Source: Alphaproteobacteria bacterium
GTDB taxonomy: Bacteria > Pseudomonadota > Alphaproteobacteria > UBA828
NCBI GenBank assembly: GCA_965237415.1
Contig: CBDEFM010000002.1
Location: 3,872,001 to 3,936,000 of the forward strand
Reading direction: 5' to 3'
DNA length: 64,000 nt
In this document: positions 18,545 through 30,087 of the stretch, piece after piece
Position numbering within the stretch: position 1 is the first letter of the stretch
Layout of the letters: the number at the start of each line of letters is the position of its first letter
Notes under the pieces: model-generated
What the model saw: the letters and a program-made list of their open reading frames with translations, nothing else
Told to the model about the DNA's origin: nothing
Database searches by the model: none
Program-made: the position numbers and the translations under genes

Positions 18545-19957
18545 ATGAGTGCAACCGTTATTCGGAACGGGCGGATCGTGACCGCGGTGGACGACTACAA
18601 GGCCGACATCCTGATAGAGGACGGGCGGGTGCGCATGATCGGCACCGATCTCCCTGTCGGTGAGGGGGTTGCCGAGCACGATGCGTCGGGGCTGCTCGTG
18701 CTGCCCGGCGGCGTCGATGTGCACACGCACCTCGACTGGGACTTCGGGCCTACGCGCACGGCGGACACCTTCTACACCGGCTCCCAAGCGGGGGCCTTCG
18801 GCGGCACCACCACGATCGTGGACTTCGCTGCCCAGGTGAAGGGGACGAGCCCGCTCGAAGGCCTTGCTGACTGGCACGAGCGCGCCTCGATCGCCGCCGT
18901 CGATGTCGGTGCGCACATGATCATGACCGAGGTGAACGACCAGGCGCTCATCGACATGAAGAGCCTGATCCACGACGAGGGCGTCACCACCTTCAAGCTC
19001 TTCACCGCCTATCCCGACCTGCTGATGATCGACGACGGGTCGATCTTCAAGACGATGCGTCAGGTCGGCGCGAACGGCGGGATGGTGCAGATCCACGCCG
19101 AGAACGGCCACGTCATCGACGTGCTGGTGCAGGAGGCGCTCGCCGCCGGCAATACGAGCCCCAAGTGGCACATGCTGACCCGGCCCTCCCTGATGGAGGG
19201 CGAGGCGACCCACCGGGTCATCCGCATCGCCGAGCTTGCCGAGGCGCCGGTCTATATCGTGCACCTCTCGGCGAGCGAGGCGCTCGACGCGGTGACGGAA
19301 GCGCGGGACCGCGGGCTCCCCGTCCATGCCGAGACCTGCCCGCACTATCTCTTCCTCACCGAAGAGGAGTACGACCGGCCGGGCTTCGAGGCAGCGAAGT
19401 TCGTGATGACGCCGCCGCTCAGGAGCGCGGCGCATCAGCATGCGCTCTGGCGCGGGCTCAAGACCGACGACCTCCAGGTCATCGCCACCGATCACTGCCC
19501 GTTCTGCTTCAGCGAGAATGTGCTGGGGCTCAGGCTCTCCAAGGAGCTCGGCCGGGACGACTTCAGCAAGATCCCCAACGGCGCGCCGGGCCTCGAGACG
19601 CGCATGCCGCTGGTCTATGACGGCGGCGTGCGGCGCAACGGCATGTCGCTCAACCGCTATGTGGAGCTGACGGCGACGGCGCCGGCAAAACTCTTTGGCC
19701 TGTTCCCGCGCAAGGGCACGATCGCGGTGGGCTCCGACGCCGATATCGTGCTGTTCGACCCGGACGAGACCTGGACCATCCGCGCCGCCGAGCATCACAG
19801 CCGGGTCGAGTATTCGATGTTCGAGGGCCGCGAGGTGACGGGCCGGGTGAGCAAGGTGTACCTGCGCGGCGAGCTCATCGTCGACGGCCGGGAATGGCTC
19901 GGGCGCGAGGGCGGCGGCCAGTTCATCAAGCGCGGCCAGGCGGGGAAGCAGAAGTAG
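18545..19957 (+). CDS. hydA: Dihydropyrimidinase / D-hydantoinase
   Basis: Motifs PGGVDVHTH, GGTTTIVDF, FKLF, HAENG, ETCPHYL, TDHCPF and KIPNG. Confidence 0.92.
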   Translation: MSATVIRNGRIVTAVDDYKADILIEDGRVRMIGTDLPVGEGVAEHDASGLLVLPGGVDVHTHLDWDFGPTRTADTFYTGSQAGAFGGTTTIVDFAAQVKGTSPLEGLADWHERASIAAVDVGAHMIMTEVNDQALIDMKSLIHDEGVTTFKLFTAYPDLLMIDDGSIFKTMRQVGANGGMVQIHAENGHVIDVLVQEALAAGNTSPKWHMLTRPSLMEGEATHRVIRIAELAEAPVYIVHLSASEALDAVTEARDRGLPVHAETCPHYLFLTEEEYDRPGFEAAKFVMTPPLRSAAHQHALWRGLKTDDLQVIATDHCPFCFSENVLGLRLSKELGRDDFSKIPNGAPGLETRMPLVYDGGVRRNGMSLNRYVELTATAPAKLFGLFPRKGTIAVGSDADIVLFDPDETWTIRAAEHHSRVEYSMFEGREVTGRVSKVYLRGELIVDGREWLGREGGGQFIKRGQAGKQK

Positions 19958-20003
19958 GGCGCGCGACACTTATTTTGGGGGCCTTCCGGCGCGACGCCCC
20001 GCT

Positions 20004-21032
20004 CTACGGCACCAGCACCATCTTGCCGAAGACGTCGCGGTCTGCGGTGCGCCGCGCGGCCGTCTGGACGTCGGCGAGCGGATAGACGGTATCGATCACC
20101 GGAGCGAGCCTGCCTTCCGCCATCAGTGCGAAGACTCGCGCAAGCTCGCGGCGGCCGCAGAAGTGGCTGCCGTGGATGGTCATGTGCTTGCGGAAGAGCT
20201 CGATCACGTTAAGCGGCACCTCCTCGCCGGCGTGGGCCCCGCAGGTGACGAGGCGACCGTTGAAGCAGACCGCGTCGATGCTCTGGCGCAGCACGTCGCC
20301 GCCCACGCTCTCGATCACCAGGTCGACGCCGCGCCCGTCGGTGAACCTGAGCGCTTCCTCCCGGATGCTCTGGCGCGTGTAGTCGATCGTCTCGGCGGCG
20401 CCGAGGTCGCGCGCCTTTTTCAGCTTCGCGGCCGAGCCCGCGCTCGCGATCACCCGTGCGCCATGCAGCAGCGCGACCTGGATTGCCGATGAGCCGACCA
20501 CGCTGCCGGCCGCGTTGACCAGCACCGTCTGCCCGGCCTGCACGCGGCCGAGGGCGACCGTCATGTGCCAGGCGGTGCCGAGGCCGATCATGCCGGCGGC
20601 GGCGGTCTCGAAGGGCAGATCGTCCGGCAGCGGGATGACCGATAACGCGTGCGAGACGGTGTATTCGGCGTGCGTCCCCCACTGGCCCGCGCCGATGCGG
20701 CCGTGGGTGAAGTCTACGCCGTCGAGGCCGCTCAGCCAGGGCTCCGACAGCGGGTCCCCCTGGGCGAAGTCGATGGCGACGCGGGTGCCGAGGGCGGGGC
20801 CCGACACGCCGGGGCCCAAGGCCGCCACTTCGCCCGCGCCTTCGCTGCCGGGCACGTGCGGGAGCGTCACCGAAATGCCGGAGACCCCCTCGCGCACGTC
20901 ATGGTCGAGGTGGTTGATGCCGCTCGCCCGGATGCGCACCAGCAGCTCGCCGGGCCCGGGCTCGGGCGTCTCGACCTCCTCGTAGAGCAGGTTCTCCACG
21001 CCGCCGTGGGCGCGGATGACGACCGCCTTCAC
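20004..21032 (-). CDS. Zinc-binding alcohol dehydrogenase / quinone oxidoreductase family (MDR)
   Basis: Motifs PGPGELLVRI, PHVPGSEGAG, GRGVDLV and FGKMVL. Confidence 0.88.
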   Translation of the reverse strand: MKAVVIRAHGGVENLLYEEVETPEPGPGELLVRIRASGINHLDHDVREGVSGISVTLPHVPGSEGAGEVAALGPGVSGPALGTRVAIDFAQGDPLSEPWLSGLDGVDFTHGRIGAGQWGTHAEYTVSHALSVIPLPDDLPFETAAAGMIGLGTAWHMTVALGRVQAGQTVLVNAAGSVVGSSAIQVALLHGARVIASAGSAAKLKKARDLGAAETIDYTRQSIREEALRFTDGRGVDLVIESVGGDVLRQSIDAVCFNGRLVTCGAHAGEEVPLNVIELFRKHMTIHGSHFCGRRELARVFALMAEGRLAPVIDTVYPLADVQTAARRTADRDVFGKMVLVP

Positions 21033-21041
21033 GGCGGGCCG

Positions 21042-21686
21042 CTACTCGGCCGCGTGCGCCGCGACGGCGCCGGAGAGCGCGGCGATCGCGTCCGCGCTCG
21101 TGACGATGTCCGCGTACTTCTGGGCCATGTCGAAGAGGTTGGCCTCGTGGGGCCCGAGCGCCCGGTCGCCGACGCAGTCGCTGATCACCACCGGGCGGAA
21201 GCCGTGGCACATGGCGTCGAGCACGCTTGCGCGCACGCAGCCGCTGGTGGTGCAGCCCGCGACCATCACCGTGTCGATACGCATCCTGGCGAGGGCTGGC
21301 GCGAGGTCGGTGCCGAAGAAGGCCGACGGCACCCGCTTGCGGACGACGATCTCCCCCGGCTTGGGCTCAAGCGCGTCGACGATCTGGCTCTCCGGCGCAT
21401 CCTCGGTGAGCGTCGTGAGCGAGGGCACCTTCATGCACATGATGTTCGCGTCCGCCGCGTCGTCGGCGAAGATCACGCGGGTGTGCGCGACCGGCACGCC
21501 CCGCGCCCGGCAGAAGGCGAGGAGGCCCACGGTCGCGTCGATCGCCTCCTGGATATTGCCGCCGCCGAACTTCGCCGGATCGGTGAAGCCGTTGACGAAA
21601 TCGACGATGAGCAACGCCGCCTTCTCGCCGAAGCCGAGCCGGTTGCCGAAGTTCTGGGTCTTGTAGATGTCGATGTCCGAAGCCAT
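21042..21686 (-). CDS. Isochorismatase-family amidohydrolase (maleamate/N-carbamoylsarcosine amidase-like)
   Basis: D-K-C catalytic triad motifs ALLIVDF, KRVPSAFFGT and GCTTSGCVRAS. Confidence 0.9.
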   Translation of the reverse strand: MASDIDIYKTQNFGNRLGFGEKAALLIVDFVNGFTDPAKFGGGNIQEAIDATVGLLAFCRARGVPVAHTRVIFADDAADANIMCMKVPSLTTLTEDAPESQIVDALEPKPGEIVVRKRVPSAFFGTDLAPALARMRIDTVMVAGCTTSGCVRASVLDAMCHGFRPVVISDCVGDRALGPHEANLFDMAQKYADIVTSADAIAALSGAVAAHAAE

Positions 21687-21819
21687 GCCGCACCCCGCGT
21701 CTCCGGCCGGGCGCCTGTCGCCGCTGAGTTGCCCGCCGACGCCCGCCAAACGCATCTTGGACGCATCGGCGGCGGGAACGCAAACACGCCGTCGTTCCCC
21801 TGGGCAACCGCAGCGAATG

Positions 21820-21933
21820 CCCCCACCTCACCCCGGCCCTCTCCTCCCGAGGGAGGAGAGGGAGAGCAGGCCGTCGCCACCTACGTCCCCTCTCCGCCCT
21901 CGGGGGCGGAGAGGGTTAGGGAGAGGTGGGGGG
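21820..21933. repeat. RIME/REP-like intergenic mosaic palindrome
   Basis: Outer inverted repeat CCCCCACCTC...GAGGTGGGGG enclosing two CCCTCTCC...GGAGAGGG hairpins. Confidence 0.8.
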
Positions 21934-21986
21934 AACCAGAAGGTGCAGCAGTTCGGTACGTGTCAGGCCTACGCTCGTGGTGGGGA

Positions 21987-22373
21987 TCAGATCGTGGCGT
22001 TGCCGCCGTCGCTCTCTACCGTGACCGCGGCCAGCTTGCCGTTCTCGAGGCGGAAGGCGGCCTGCCCGCTGGTCTCATGCGCGCGGCCCTCGGCGTCTTC
22101 CAGGCGGAGGGTGAAGCGGCAGGTGGACCGCTGCGCGGCCTCGTCCGCCTCATGGCTCAGCACCTCGTGGCGGATCGTGGGATAGTCCGCCAGCATCTGC
22201 GTGAGGTACTGCTTGATCTCGCCATCGCGGCCGCGGTGGGGCCGGCCGTCGACCGAGAGCACCGCATCGCGGGCGAAGCAGTCGAGCACCGTGCCGAGGC
22301 GCCGGAAGTCGATATTGCTGTAGTAGCTGTGCTCGACCAGATTGACGATCTGGGCGCGCCTGAGCATCACCAC
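21987..22373 (-). CDS. NTF2/SnoaL-like protein
   Basis: About 128 aa; YY..ID..VLDCFARDAVL..HRGRD pattern; GAGGAG upstream. Confidence 0.7.
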   Translation of the reverse strand: MVMLRRAQIVNLVEHSYYSNIDFRRLGTVLDCFARDAVLSVDGRPHRGRDGEIKQYLTQMLADYPTIRHEVLSHEADEAAQRSTCRFTLRLEDAEGRAHETSGQAAFRLENGKLAAVTVESDGGNATI

Positions 22374-22508
22374 CGGCGCCTCCTCTCCTCGTGAGAGCGC
22401 ATCGTAGCCGCCGCCGGCGACCAGCCGAAAGCCCGGTATCCCCGTGACCATGGTCCTCTGGCAAAATCGGTGCGAAGGCCATAGTCTGGCCGGAGAGGAG
22501 CGCGCGCC

Positions 22509-23300
22509 ATGCATGCATTCAACTATCGTCGAGCGACATCGGTGGAAGACGCGGCCGCCGCGTTTCAGGGCGCGGAGGACGGCGCCTATATCTCGGGCGG
22601 GCACACGCTGCTGCCCACGATGAAGCAGCGCCTCGCGGCGCCTTCGGACCTGATCGACCTGGCGGGAATCGCGGAGCTTGCCGGCATTGCGGTCGATAGC
22701 GAGACGGTCGAGATCGGCGCGCTCACGCCGCATGCGACCGTTGCGGCGTCCGCCGAGGTGCAGGATGCGATTCCGGCGCTTGCCGTGCTCGCCGGCAAGA
22801 TCGGCGACCCGCAAGTGCGCAACAAGGGCACCATCGGCGGCTCCATCGCCAACAACGACCCGGCGGCGGACTATCCGGCCGCCCTTCTCGGGCTCGGCGC
22901 CACCGTCGTCACCGACCGGCGCACCATCGCGGCGGACGACTTCTTCACCGACTTGTTCGAGACGGCGCTTGAGAGCGGCGAAATCATCACGGCAGTGCGC
23001 TTCCCCCGGCCCAGGAAGGCCGGTTATGCGAAGTTCCCGAACCCGGCGTCGCGCTACGCCATCGTGGGTGTCATGGCGGCGGAGACGGCGTCAGGCGTGC
23101 GCATCGCCGTAACCGGCGCCGGACCCTGCGTGTTCCGTGCGACCGCCATGGAAGGTGCACTCGGCGGCGGGCTGGACCCCGATGCGGCGCTGCCGGCGCT
23201 CTCTCCAGACGACCTCAATTCCGACATCCACGCGAGCGCCGAGTACCGCGCGCATCTGGTGGGTGTCATGGCCCAGCGCGCGATGGCCGCCGCTTGCTGA
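22509..23300 (+). CDS. CoxM/CutM-like FAD-binding subunit of a xanthine dehydrogenase-family enzyme
   Basis: Motifs SGGHTLLPTMKQRLA, IGDPQVRNKGTIGGS and KFPNPASRYA. Confidence 0.92.
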   Translation: MHAFNYRRATSVEDAAAAFQGAEDGAYISGGHTLLPTMKQRLAAPSDLIDLAGIAELAGIAVDSETVEIGALTPHATVAASAEVQDAIPALAVLAGKIGDPQVRNKGTIGGSIANNDPAADYPAALLGLGATVVTDRRTIAADDFFTDLFETALESGEIITAVRFPRPRKAGYAKFPNPASRYAIVGVMAAETASGVRIAVTGAGPCVFRATAMEGALGGGLDPDAALPALSPDDLNSDIHASAEYRAHLVGVMAQRAMAAAC

Positions 23301-23527
23301 CCCGGAATTCTCGCCCAGCGCACGGCCGGCGGAGAAAGGCGAAATTACAAAACGAAGCCAATTTCGCATAAGCCATTCTTTCACAATAGAAATAATGATT
23401 TCGGCTGGCACGCCGGAGGCTCTGCCGGTGCGGCGCGGGCCCCGTCACGACAAATTGAAGCATCGCGATTGGCGCCGCGCCCGCGCAGCCCCGACATTCC
23501 ACCCGTCACTGGACGGAGGATGACCCG

Positions 23528-24532
<1,005 letters not shown>

Positions 24533-24720
24533 TCGGCGACTTATTCGTAACCCTCAGGCGCCGGGCGCTCGCTCCGCTCGATCGCGTGCTTATGCGCGCG
24601 TCTCCGCGCGACGCTACGCGCCATTCGGCGCGCGGCGCGGTCGCGCCGTCCGGGCCTGCGGCCCGGCCCTTCCAGTATTCCAACATCCCGTTGGCCGCTG
24701 GGCGCTTCGGCTGGCGCCTG

Positions 24721-25506
24721 TCAGTGCTTCGCGAGGAACTCTTTCAGTGCGGCGGTGAAGGCCGGCGCCTGCTCGATGTTGGAGAGATGGGCGGCGTCGA
24801 GTTCGACATACCGGGAGCCCTTGATCCGCTCGTGCATCAGGCGCATGCCGGCGGGTGGCGTGGCGGCGTCCTGCGTGCCGGCGATCAGCAGCACGGGATG
24901 GTCGAGCGAGTCCAGATTTTCGAGATAGGCGAGCCCCTGGATGGCCCGCGCACAGCCGGTGTACCCCGCGACCGAGGTCGTGCGGATCATGGTCCGCACG
25001 TCTTCGAGCCGCTCGGCGCCGCTCGCCCGGTAGCTCTCGCTGAACCAGCGCTCGATGGTCGACTCGACGACCGCTTCCATGCCGCCGTCGGCGACCGCCG
25101 CCACGCGCTGATCGAAGGCGGCGCGGAAATCGTCGCTGCAAAACGCGGTGGTGTTTCCCATGACGGTCGCCGCGACCCGGTCGGCATGGCGGAGCGTCAA
25201 CCCCTGCGCCGTCATCCCACCGATCGAGAGACCCACGACATAGCTCTGCCGGATACCCAGGCGATCCCAGAGGCCGACGATGTCGTCGATCAGATCGTCC
25301 AACGAATAGGGTCCCTCGACGGGCGCCGACTTGCCGTGTCCGCGCTTGTCGTAGCGCAGGATACGGAAGTCTCCGGCGAGCGCGGCCTCCTGCTCGTCCC
25401 ACATGCGCAGGTTCGTGGCCAGCGAGTTGGAAAAGGTCAGCCAAGGCCCGTTCTCGTTTCCCGAAACCTCGTAGTTGATCGTCACGCCTCGAATATCGGC
25501 CAGCAT
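24721..25506 (-). CDS. pcaD: 3-oxoadipate enol-lactonase (alpha/beta hydrolase)
   Basis: Motifs SNSL, YDKRGHG, GLSIGG and AAHLSNIEQ. Confidence 0.82.
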   Translation of the reverse strand: MLADIRGVTINYEVSGNENGPWLTFSNSLATNLRMWDEQEAALAGDFRILRYDKRGHGKSAPVEGPYSLDDLIDDIVGLWDRLGIRQSYVVGLSIGGMTAQGLTLRHADRVAATVMGNTTAFCSDDFRAAFDQRVAAVADGGMEAVVESTIERWFSESYRASGAERLEDVRTMIRTTSVAGYTGCARAIQGLAYLENLDSLDHPVLLIAGTQDAATPPAGMRLMHERIKGSRYVELDAAHLSNIEQAPAFTAALKEFLAKH

Positions 25507-25722
25507 TCGCTCTCTCCCGGTCGGTAGGGCACGCTCTCGCTCCGGCGGGACTTTAGCCCGCATTTCTCGCCAGGGTCACGGACAGCGCCGCCTTTCGGGT
25601 CGCGCCCAGGCGCTCGCCCGCTGCGCCGCCGCTTGACCGCCCCCGCGAACGCTGCGAAAACCGCCGGGCGGCGCGGCCGGTCGCCGCCCGCCTCCGCAAC
25701 GTCATCGAAATCGGGGGAAGCC

Positions 25723-27041
25723 GTGGGGCGAGGGGAATACCTGTTCACCAGCGAATCGGTGTCGGAAGGGCACCCGGACAAGGTCTGCGACCGCATTTCC
25801 GACGCGGTGGTCGATGCCTACCTGGCGCTCGATTCCAATGCCCGTGTGGCTTGCGAGACCCTGGTCACGACCAACCGGATGGTGCTGGCCGGCGAGGTCC
25901 GCGGCCCCGAGTCGATCACCAGCGAGGCCCTCGAGTCCATCGCGCGGGCCTGCGTCCGCGAGATCGGGTACGAGCAGGAGGGCTTCCACTGGGCCAAGGC
26001 CGCGGTCGAGATCCATGTTCACGCTCAGTCGGCCGACATCGCGCTCGGCGTGGACCACCGCCGGGCGGCGCGGCCGGTCGAGGTCCGCGGGCCGGCAACA
26101 AGGACCAGGGCGCGGGCGACCAGGGCATCATGTTCGGCTATGCCTGCCGCGAGACCGATGCGCTCATGCCGGCGCCGATCCACTATGCCCACGCGATCCT
26201 GGACCAGGCCGGCAACAAGGACCAGGGCGCGGGCGACCAGGGCATCATGTTCGGCTATGCCTGCCGCGAGACCGATGCGCTCATGCCGGCGCCGATCCAC
26301 TATGCCCACGCGATCCTGGCCGCGCTGGCCCGCGCCAGGCACGCGGGCGATGCGCCCGGCCTCGGGCCCGACTCCAAGAGCCAGGTGACGCTCCGCTATG
26401 AGGACGGCGTGCCGGTGGGCGCCACCTCGGTCGTCGTCTCGACCCAGCATACGGCGGAACTCTCCCAGGACGACGTGCGCGCCATCGTGCGCCCCTACGT
26501 CGTGGCCGCGCTCCCCGACGGGTGGATGTGCGAGGAGGACTGGTTCTACGTCAATCCGACCGGCCGCTTCGTCATCGGCGGACCCGATGGCGATGCCGGG
26601 GTGACGGGACGCAAGATCATCGTCGATACCTATGGCGGGGCGGCACCGCACGGCGGCGGCGCCTTCTCGGGCAAGGACCCGAGCAAGGTCGACCGCTCGG
26701 CGGCCTACGCGGCACGCTATCTGGCGAAGAACGTCGTCGCCGCCGACCTCGCGTCGCGCTGCACCATCCAACTCGCCTATGCGATCGGCGTCGCCTATCC
26801 GCTGGCGGTCTATGTCGATACCCACGGTACTGGTGAGATCGATGAGGCAAGACTCGCCAAAGCGCTCGAGTCGGTGATGGACCTCTCGCCGCGCGGCATC
26901 GGCGAGCATCTCGACCTCGCCCGTCCGATCTTCGAGCGGACCGCGGCTTACGGCCACTTCGGCCGCGAGCCCGAGGCCGACGGCGGCTTCTCCTGGGAGC
27001 GGACGGACCTCGTCGACCGGCTTCTCTCTGCGGTGGGCTGA
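25723..27041 (+). CDS. metK: S-adenosylmethionine synthetase, frameshifted as assembled by a 149-bp insertion/duplication
   Basis: N-terminus [13 protein letters not shown] is in one frame; GAGDQG (twice) and GGGAFSGKD are in another. Removing 26058-26206 restores one ORF. Confidence 0.9.
26090..26319 (+). repeat. 113-bp exact direct repeat (period 117 bp) inside metK
   Basis: 26090-26202 is identical to 26207-26319. Confidence 0.92.
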
Positions 27042-27075
27042 GGGCGCGCCCGGCCGGCGCCCGACCTTCCGCGCG

Positions 27076-27774
27076 ATGGAGGATCGCCGGCGCCGCGTCC
27101 ATGGGCGCAGACTCGGCTACCGGCTCCGCCCCGGCCGCCAGGCGCTGCTTGAGCGTGCCCTGCCGGGGCTTCGGATCGCGCTTCCCGACGATGAGGGCGC
27201 GCGACTCCAGCCGAACGGCCTCTTCCCGGCGCCGGTCCGCGACCTCTGGCTCGAGATCGGCTTCGGCGCCGGAGAGCACCTCGCCCATCAGGTGCGCACC
27301 AATCCGGACGTGGGGTTTATCGGCTGCGAGCCGTTCGTCCAGGGCGTTGCGGGCCTTCTGCGCCATTTGGAGGCGGACGGCACGAGCAGGCGGGTCCGCG
27401 TCTTCCCCGACGACGCGCGGCTCCTGCTCGATCGTTTGCCGGACGCCTGCGTCGGCCGGCTGTTCGTGCTGTTCCCCGATCCCTGGCCCAAGAAGCGCCA
27501 TCACAAGCGCCGCCTGATCGATGCCGAGACCCTCGTCGACTTCGCCCGCATCCTGAAGGACGGCGCGGAGTTCCGATGGGCGTCGGACGATATGGACTAT
27601 GTGGAGTGGACGCTTGAGCGTGTCGCGGCGAGCGGGGCGTTTGCGGGGCCTGAGCAGAGTTCCGGCGATTGGCCTTCGCGGCCGGCCGACTGGCCCGAAA
27701 CCCGCTATGAGCAAAAGGCCCGCGCCGCCGGCCGGGCGCCGGTCTTCCTCCGCTACGTCCGCATCCCTCGATAG
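27076..27774 (+). CDS. trmB: tRNA (guanine-N7)-methyltransferase
   Basis: Motifs LEIGFGAGEH, FPDPWPKKRHHKRR and TRYEQKA. Confidence 0.93.
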   Translation: MEDRRRRVHGRRLGYRLRPGRQALLERALPGLRIALPDDEGARLQPNGLFPAPVRDLWLEIGFGAGEHLAHQVRTNPDVGFIGCEPFVQGVAGLLRHLEADGTSRRVRVFPDDARLLLDRLPDACVGRLFVLFPDPWPKKRHHKRRLIDAETLVDFARILKDGAEFRWASDDMDYVEWTLERVAASGAFAGPEQSSGDWPSRPADWPETRYEQKARAAGRAPVFLRYVRIPR

Positions 27775-27952
27775 TCAGGGGCTCGGGGGCGATGGCGAGG
27801 TGCCCTTCCGTGCCTCGATTGCAACGGTTGGACGACGGCACCGGGGAGAAACTCCTTGAAGTAGGGGCAGTATGCGCGATAGGTTAGCGGCGCGGTGTTC
27901 CTCGGGAGCGAGGGGTGCCGCGTTGACTATGCCCAGGGTTTTTAGTGATCGT

Positions 27953-27979
27953 GGTGGGCAGTGCTGGCCCGCCTTTTTT
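27953..27979 (+). terminator. rimP-leader terminator/attenuator-like hairpin
   Basis: GGTGGGC-N7-GCCCGCC followed by TTTTTT, 30 nt upstream of rimP. Confidence 0.7.
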
Positions 27980-28009
27980 CTGTCCTGCGGTGTGACGAAG
28001 ACGCGAGAC

Positions 28010-28501
28010 GTGGACACGGAACGGCAGATCGAACGTGCGATTGCACCGGTGCTGGCGGCGATGGGGTATGAGGTCGTTCGAATCCGCCTCGGCGGGGGTA
28101 TGCAGACGGTGCTTCAAGTGATGATCGAGCGGGCCGACCGCGTGCCGCTGACCGTAGACGACTGTGCTGCGGCAAGCCGCGCTATCTCGGCACAATTCGA
28201 AAACGACAACCTGCCTGCTGCCGACTATGCGCTGGAGGTGAGCTCGCCGGGAATCGACCGGCCGCTGGTGCGGCTCGCCGACTTCGCGCGGTTCGCCGGA
28301 TTCGAGGCCAAGGTGGAGATGGGTGAGCCGCTGGACGGCCGCCGCCGCTTTCGCGGCCGGCTGCAGGGCGCCGGCGATGGGTGCGTGCGCATGACCGTGG
28401 ACGATCAAGACGTCTCGCTGCCCTATGACGGGATTCGCGCGGCGAAGCTCGTGCTGACCGACGAATTGTTGGCCGCGAGCCAGGCGGCGGAGCGGCTGTG
28501 A
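28010..28501 (+). CDS. rimP: Ribosome maturation factor RimP
   Basis: Motifs LEVSSPGIDRPL and AKLVLTDEL; upstream of nusA; GTG start inferred. Confidence 0.92.
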   Translation: MDTERQIERAIAPVLAAMGYEVVRIRLGGGMQTVLQVMIERADRVPLTVDDCAAASRAISAQFENDNLPAADYALEVSSPGIDRPLVRLADFARFAGFEAKVEMGEPLDGRRRFRGRLQGAGDGCVRMTVDDQDVSLPYDGIRAAKLVLTDELLAASQAAERL

Positions 28502-30087
28502 TGGCGGATCAGGACAGCGCGGGCCTCGCCCGCATAGAGCTCCTCCAGGTGGCCGATGCCGTCGCCCGGGAGAAGGGGATCGAGCGCGAGCTCGTGCTCG
28601 AGGCGATGGAGCAGGCGATCACCCACGCCGGCAAGCGAAAGTACGGTCAGGAGCACGATATCCGCACCGATATCGACCGCGAGACCGGCGAGATCAAGCT
28701 GATGCGTTACCTGGAGGTCGCCGAAGAGATCGAGAACGAGGCCACCCAGATCCCGATCAGCGAGGCTCAGGAGCGGAACCCCGCCGCGCAGGTCGGCGAC
28801 TATCTGGCGGATCCGCTGCCGCCCATCGACTTCGGCCGCATCGCGGCGCAGACGGCGAAGCAGGTGATCGTCCAAAAGGTGCGCGAGGCCGAGCGGGCGC
28901 GTCAGTACGAGGAATACAAGGATCGCGTGCAGGAGATTGCGGGCGGCCTCGTCAAGCGCACCGAATATGGCGGGCTGACCGTCGACCTGGGCCGGGCCGA
29001 GGCGGTGATCCGCCGCGAAGACCTGCTGCCGCGCGAATCCTTTCGCAACGGCGATCGCGTGCGGGCTTACATCTACGACGTCCGCCGCGAACCGCGCGGG
29101 CCGCAGATCTTCATGTCCCGCACCCACCCCAACTTCATGTCCAAGCTCTTCGCCCAGGAAGTGCCGGAGATCTACGACAGCATCATCGAGATCGACGCCG
29201 TGGCCCGCGACCCCGGCAGCCGCGCCAAGATCGCCGTTCATTCCAACGACAGCAGCATCGATCCCGTCGGCGCCTGCGTCGGCATGCGCGGCTCCCGCGT
29301 GCAGGCGGTCGTCGGCGAGCTCCAGGGCGAGAAGATCGACATCATTCAGTGGTCGCCCGATCCTGCGGCGTTCATCGTCAACGCGCTGGCGCCGGCCGAG
29401 GTGACCAAGGTCGTGCTCGACGAGGAATCGAAGCGTATCGAGGTGGTGGTGCCGGATGAGCAGCTCTCGCTTGCCATCGGCCGGCGCGGGCAGAACGTTC
29501 GGCTCGCGTCCAACCTCACCGGCTGGGACATCGATATCCTGACCGAGGCCGAGGAATCGGAACGCCGTCAGGAAGAGTTCCACTCGCGCTCCGAGATGTT
29601 CATGGAGGCGCTCGACGTCGACGACGTGATCGCCCACCTGCTGGTGACGGAAGGGTTCTCCACCGTCGACGAGGTGGCCTACGCGCCGGTCGAGGAGCTG
29701 GCTGCGATCGAGGGCTTCGAGGAAGAGCTGGCGAGCGAGCTGGCCAACCGCGCCGCGGCCCATGTCGAAGCAACCAACCGCGAACTGAACGAACGTCGGC
29801 TCGAGCTCGGCGTCAGCGACGAGGTGGCCGCTATCGAGGGCCTGGATCCGGCGATCCTCGTCGCCCTCGGCGAGAACGGGGTCAAGACGCTGGACGATCT
29901 CGGCGATCTCGCCGGCGATGAGCTCATCGAGATCCTGGGCGACCTCGCGCCCTCGATCGACGAGGCCAACGCCGTCATCATGCTGGCGAGGGCCCACTGG
30001 TTCGGCGACGAAGAGCCGGTCGATGGCGCGGAGGCCGACGAGGCCGCCGAGGCCGCGGCCGACGAGCACGAGAGAGCGAACGTTTGA
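28501..30087 (+). CDS. nusA: Transcription termination/antitermination factor NusA
   Basis: Motifs [22 protein letters not shown] and [12 protein letters not shown]. Confidence 0.97.
   Translation: MADQDSAGLARIELLQVADAVAREKGIERELVLEAMEQAITHAGKRKYGQEHDIRTDIDRETGEIKLMRYLEVAEEIENEATQIPISEAQERNPAAQVGDYLADPLPPIDFGRIAAQTAKQVIVQKVREAERARQYEEYKDRVQEIAGGLVKRTEYGGLTVDLGRAEAVIRREDLLPRESFRNGDRVRAYIYDVRREPRGPQIFMSRTHPNFMSKLFAQEVPEIYDSIIEIDAVARDPGSRAKIAVHSNDSSIDPVGACVGMRGSRVQAVVGELQGEKIDIIQWSPDPAAFIVNALAPAEVTKVVLDEESKRIEVVVPDEQLSLAIGRRGQNVRLASNLTGWDIDILTEAEESERRQEEFHSRSEMFMEALDVDDVIAHLLVTEGFSTVDEVAYAPVEELAAIEGFEEELASELANRAAAHVEATNRELNERRLELGVSDEVAAIEGLDPAILVALGENGVKTLDDLGDLAGDELIEILGDLAPSIDEANAVIMLARAHWFGDEEPVDGAEADEAAEAAADEHERANV

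Noticed and set aside
21820-21933. Novel ncRNA or riboswitch
   Set aside because: The architecture matches common alphaproteobacterial RIME/REP-type intergenic repeats; the same applies to 47947-48041.
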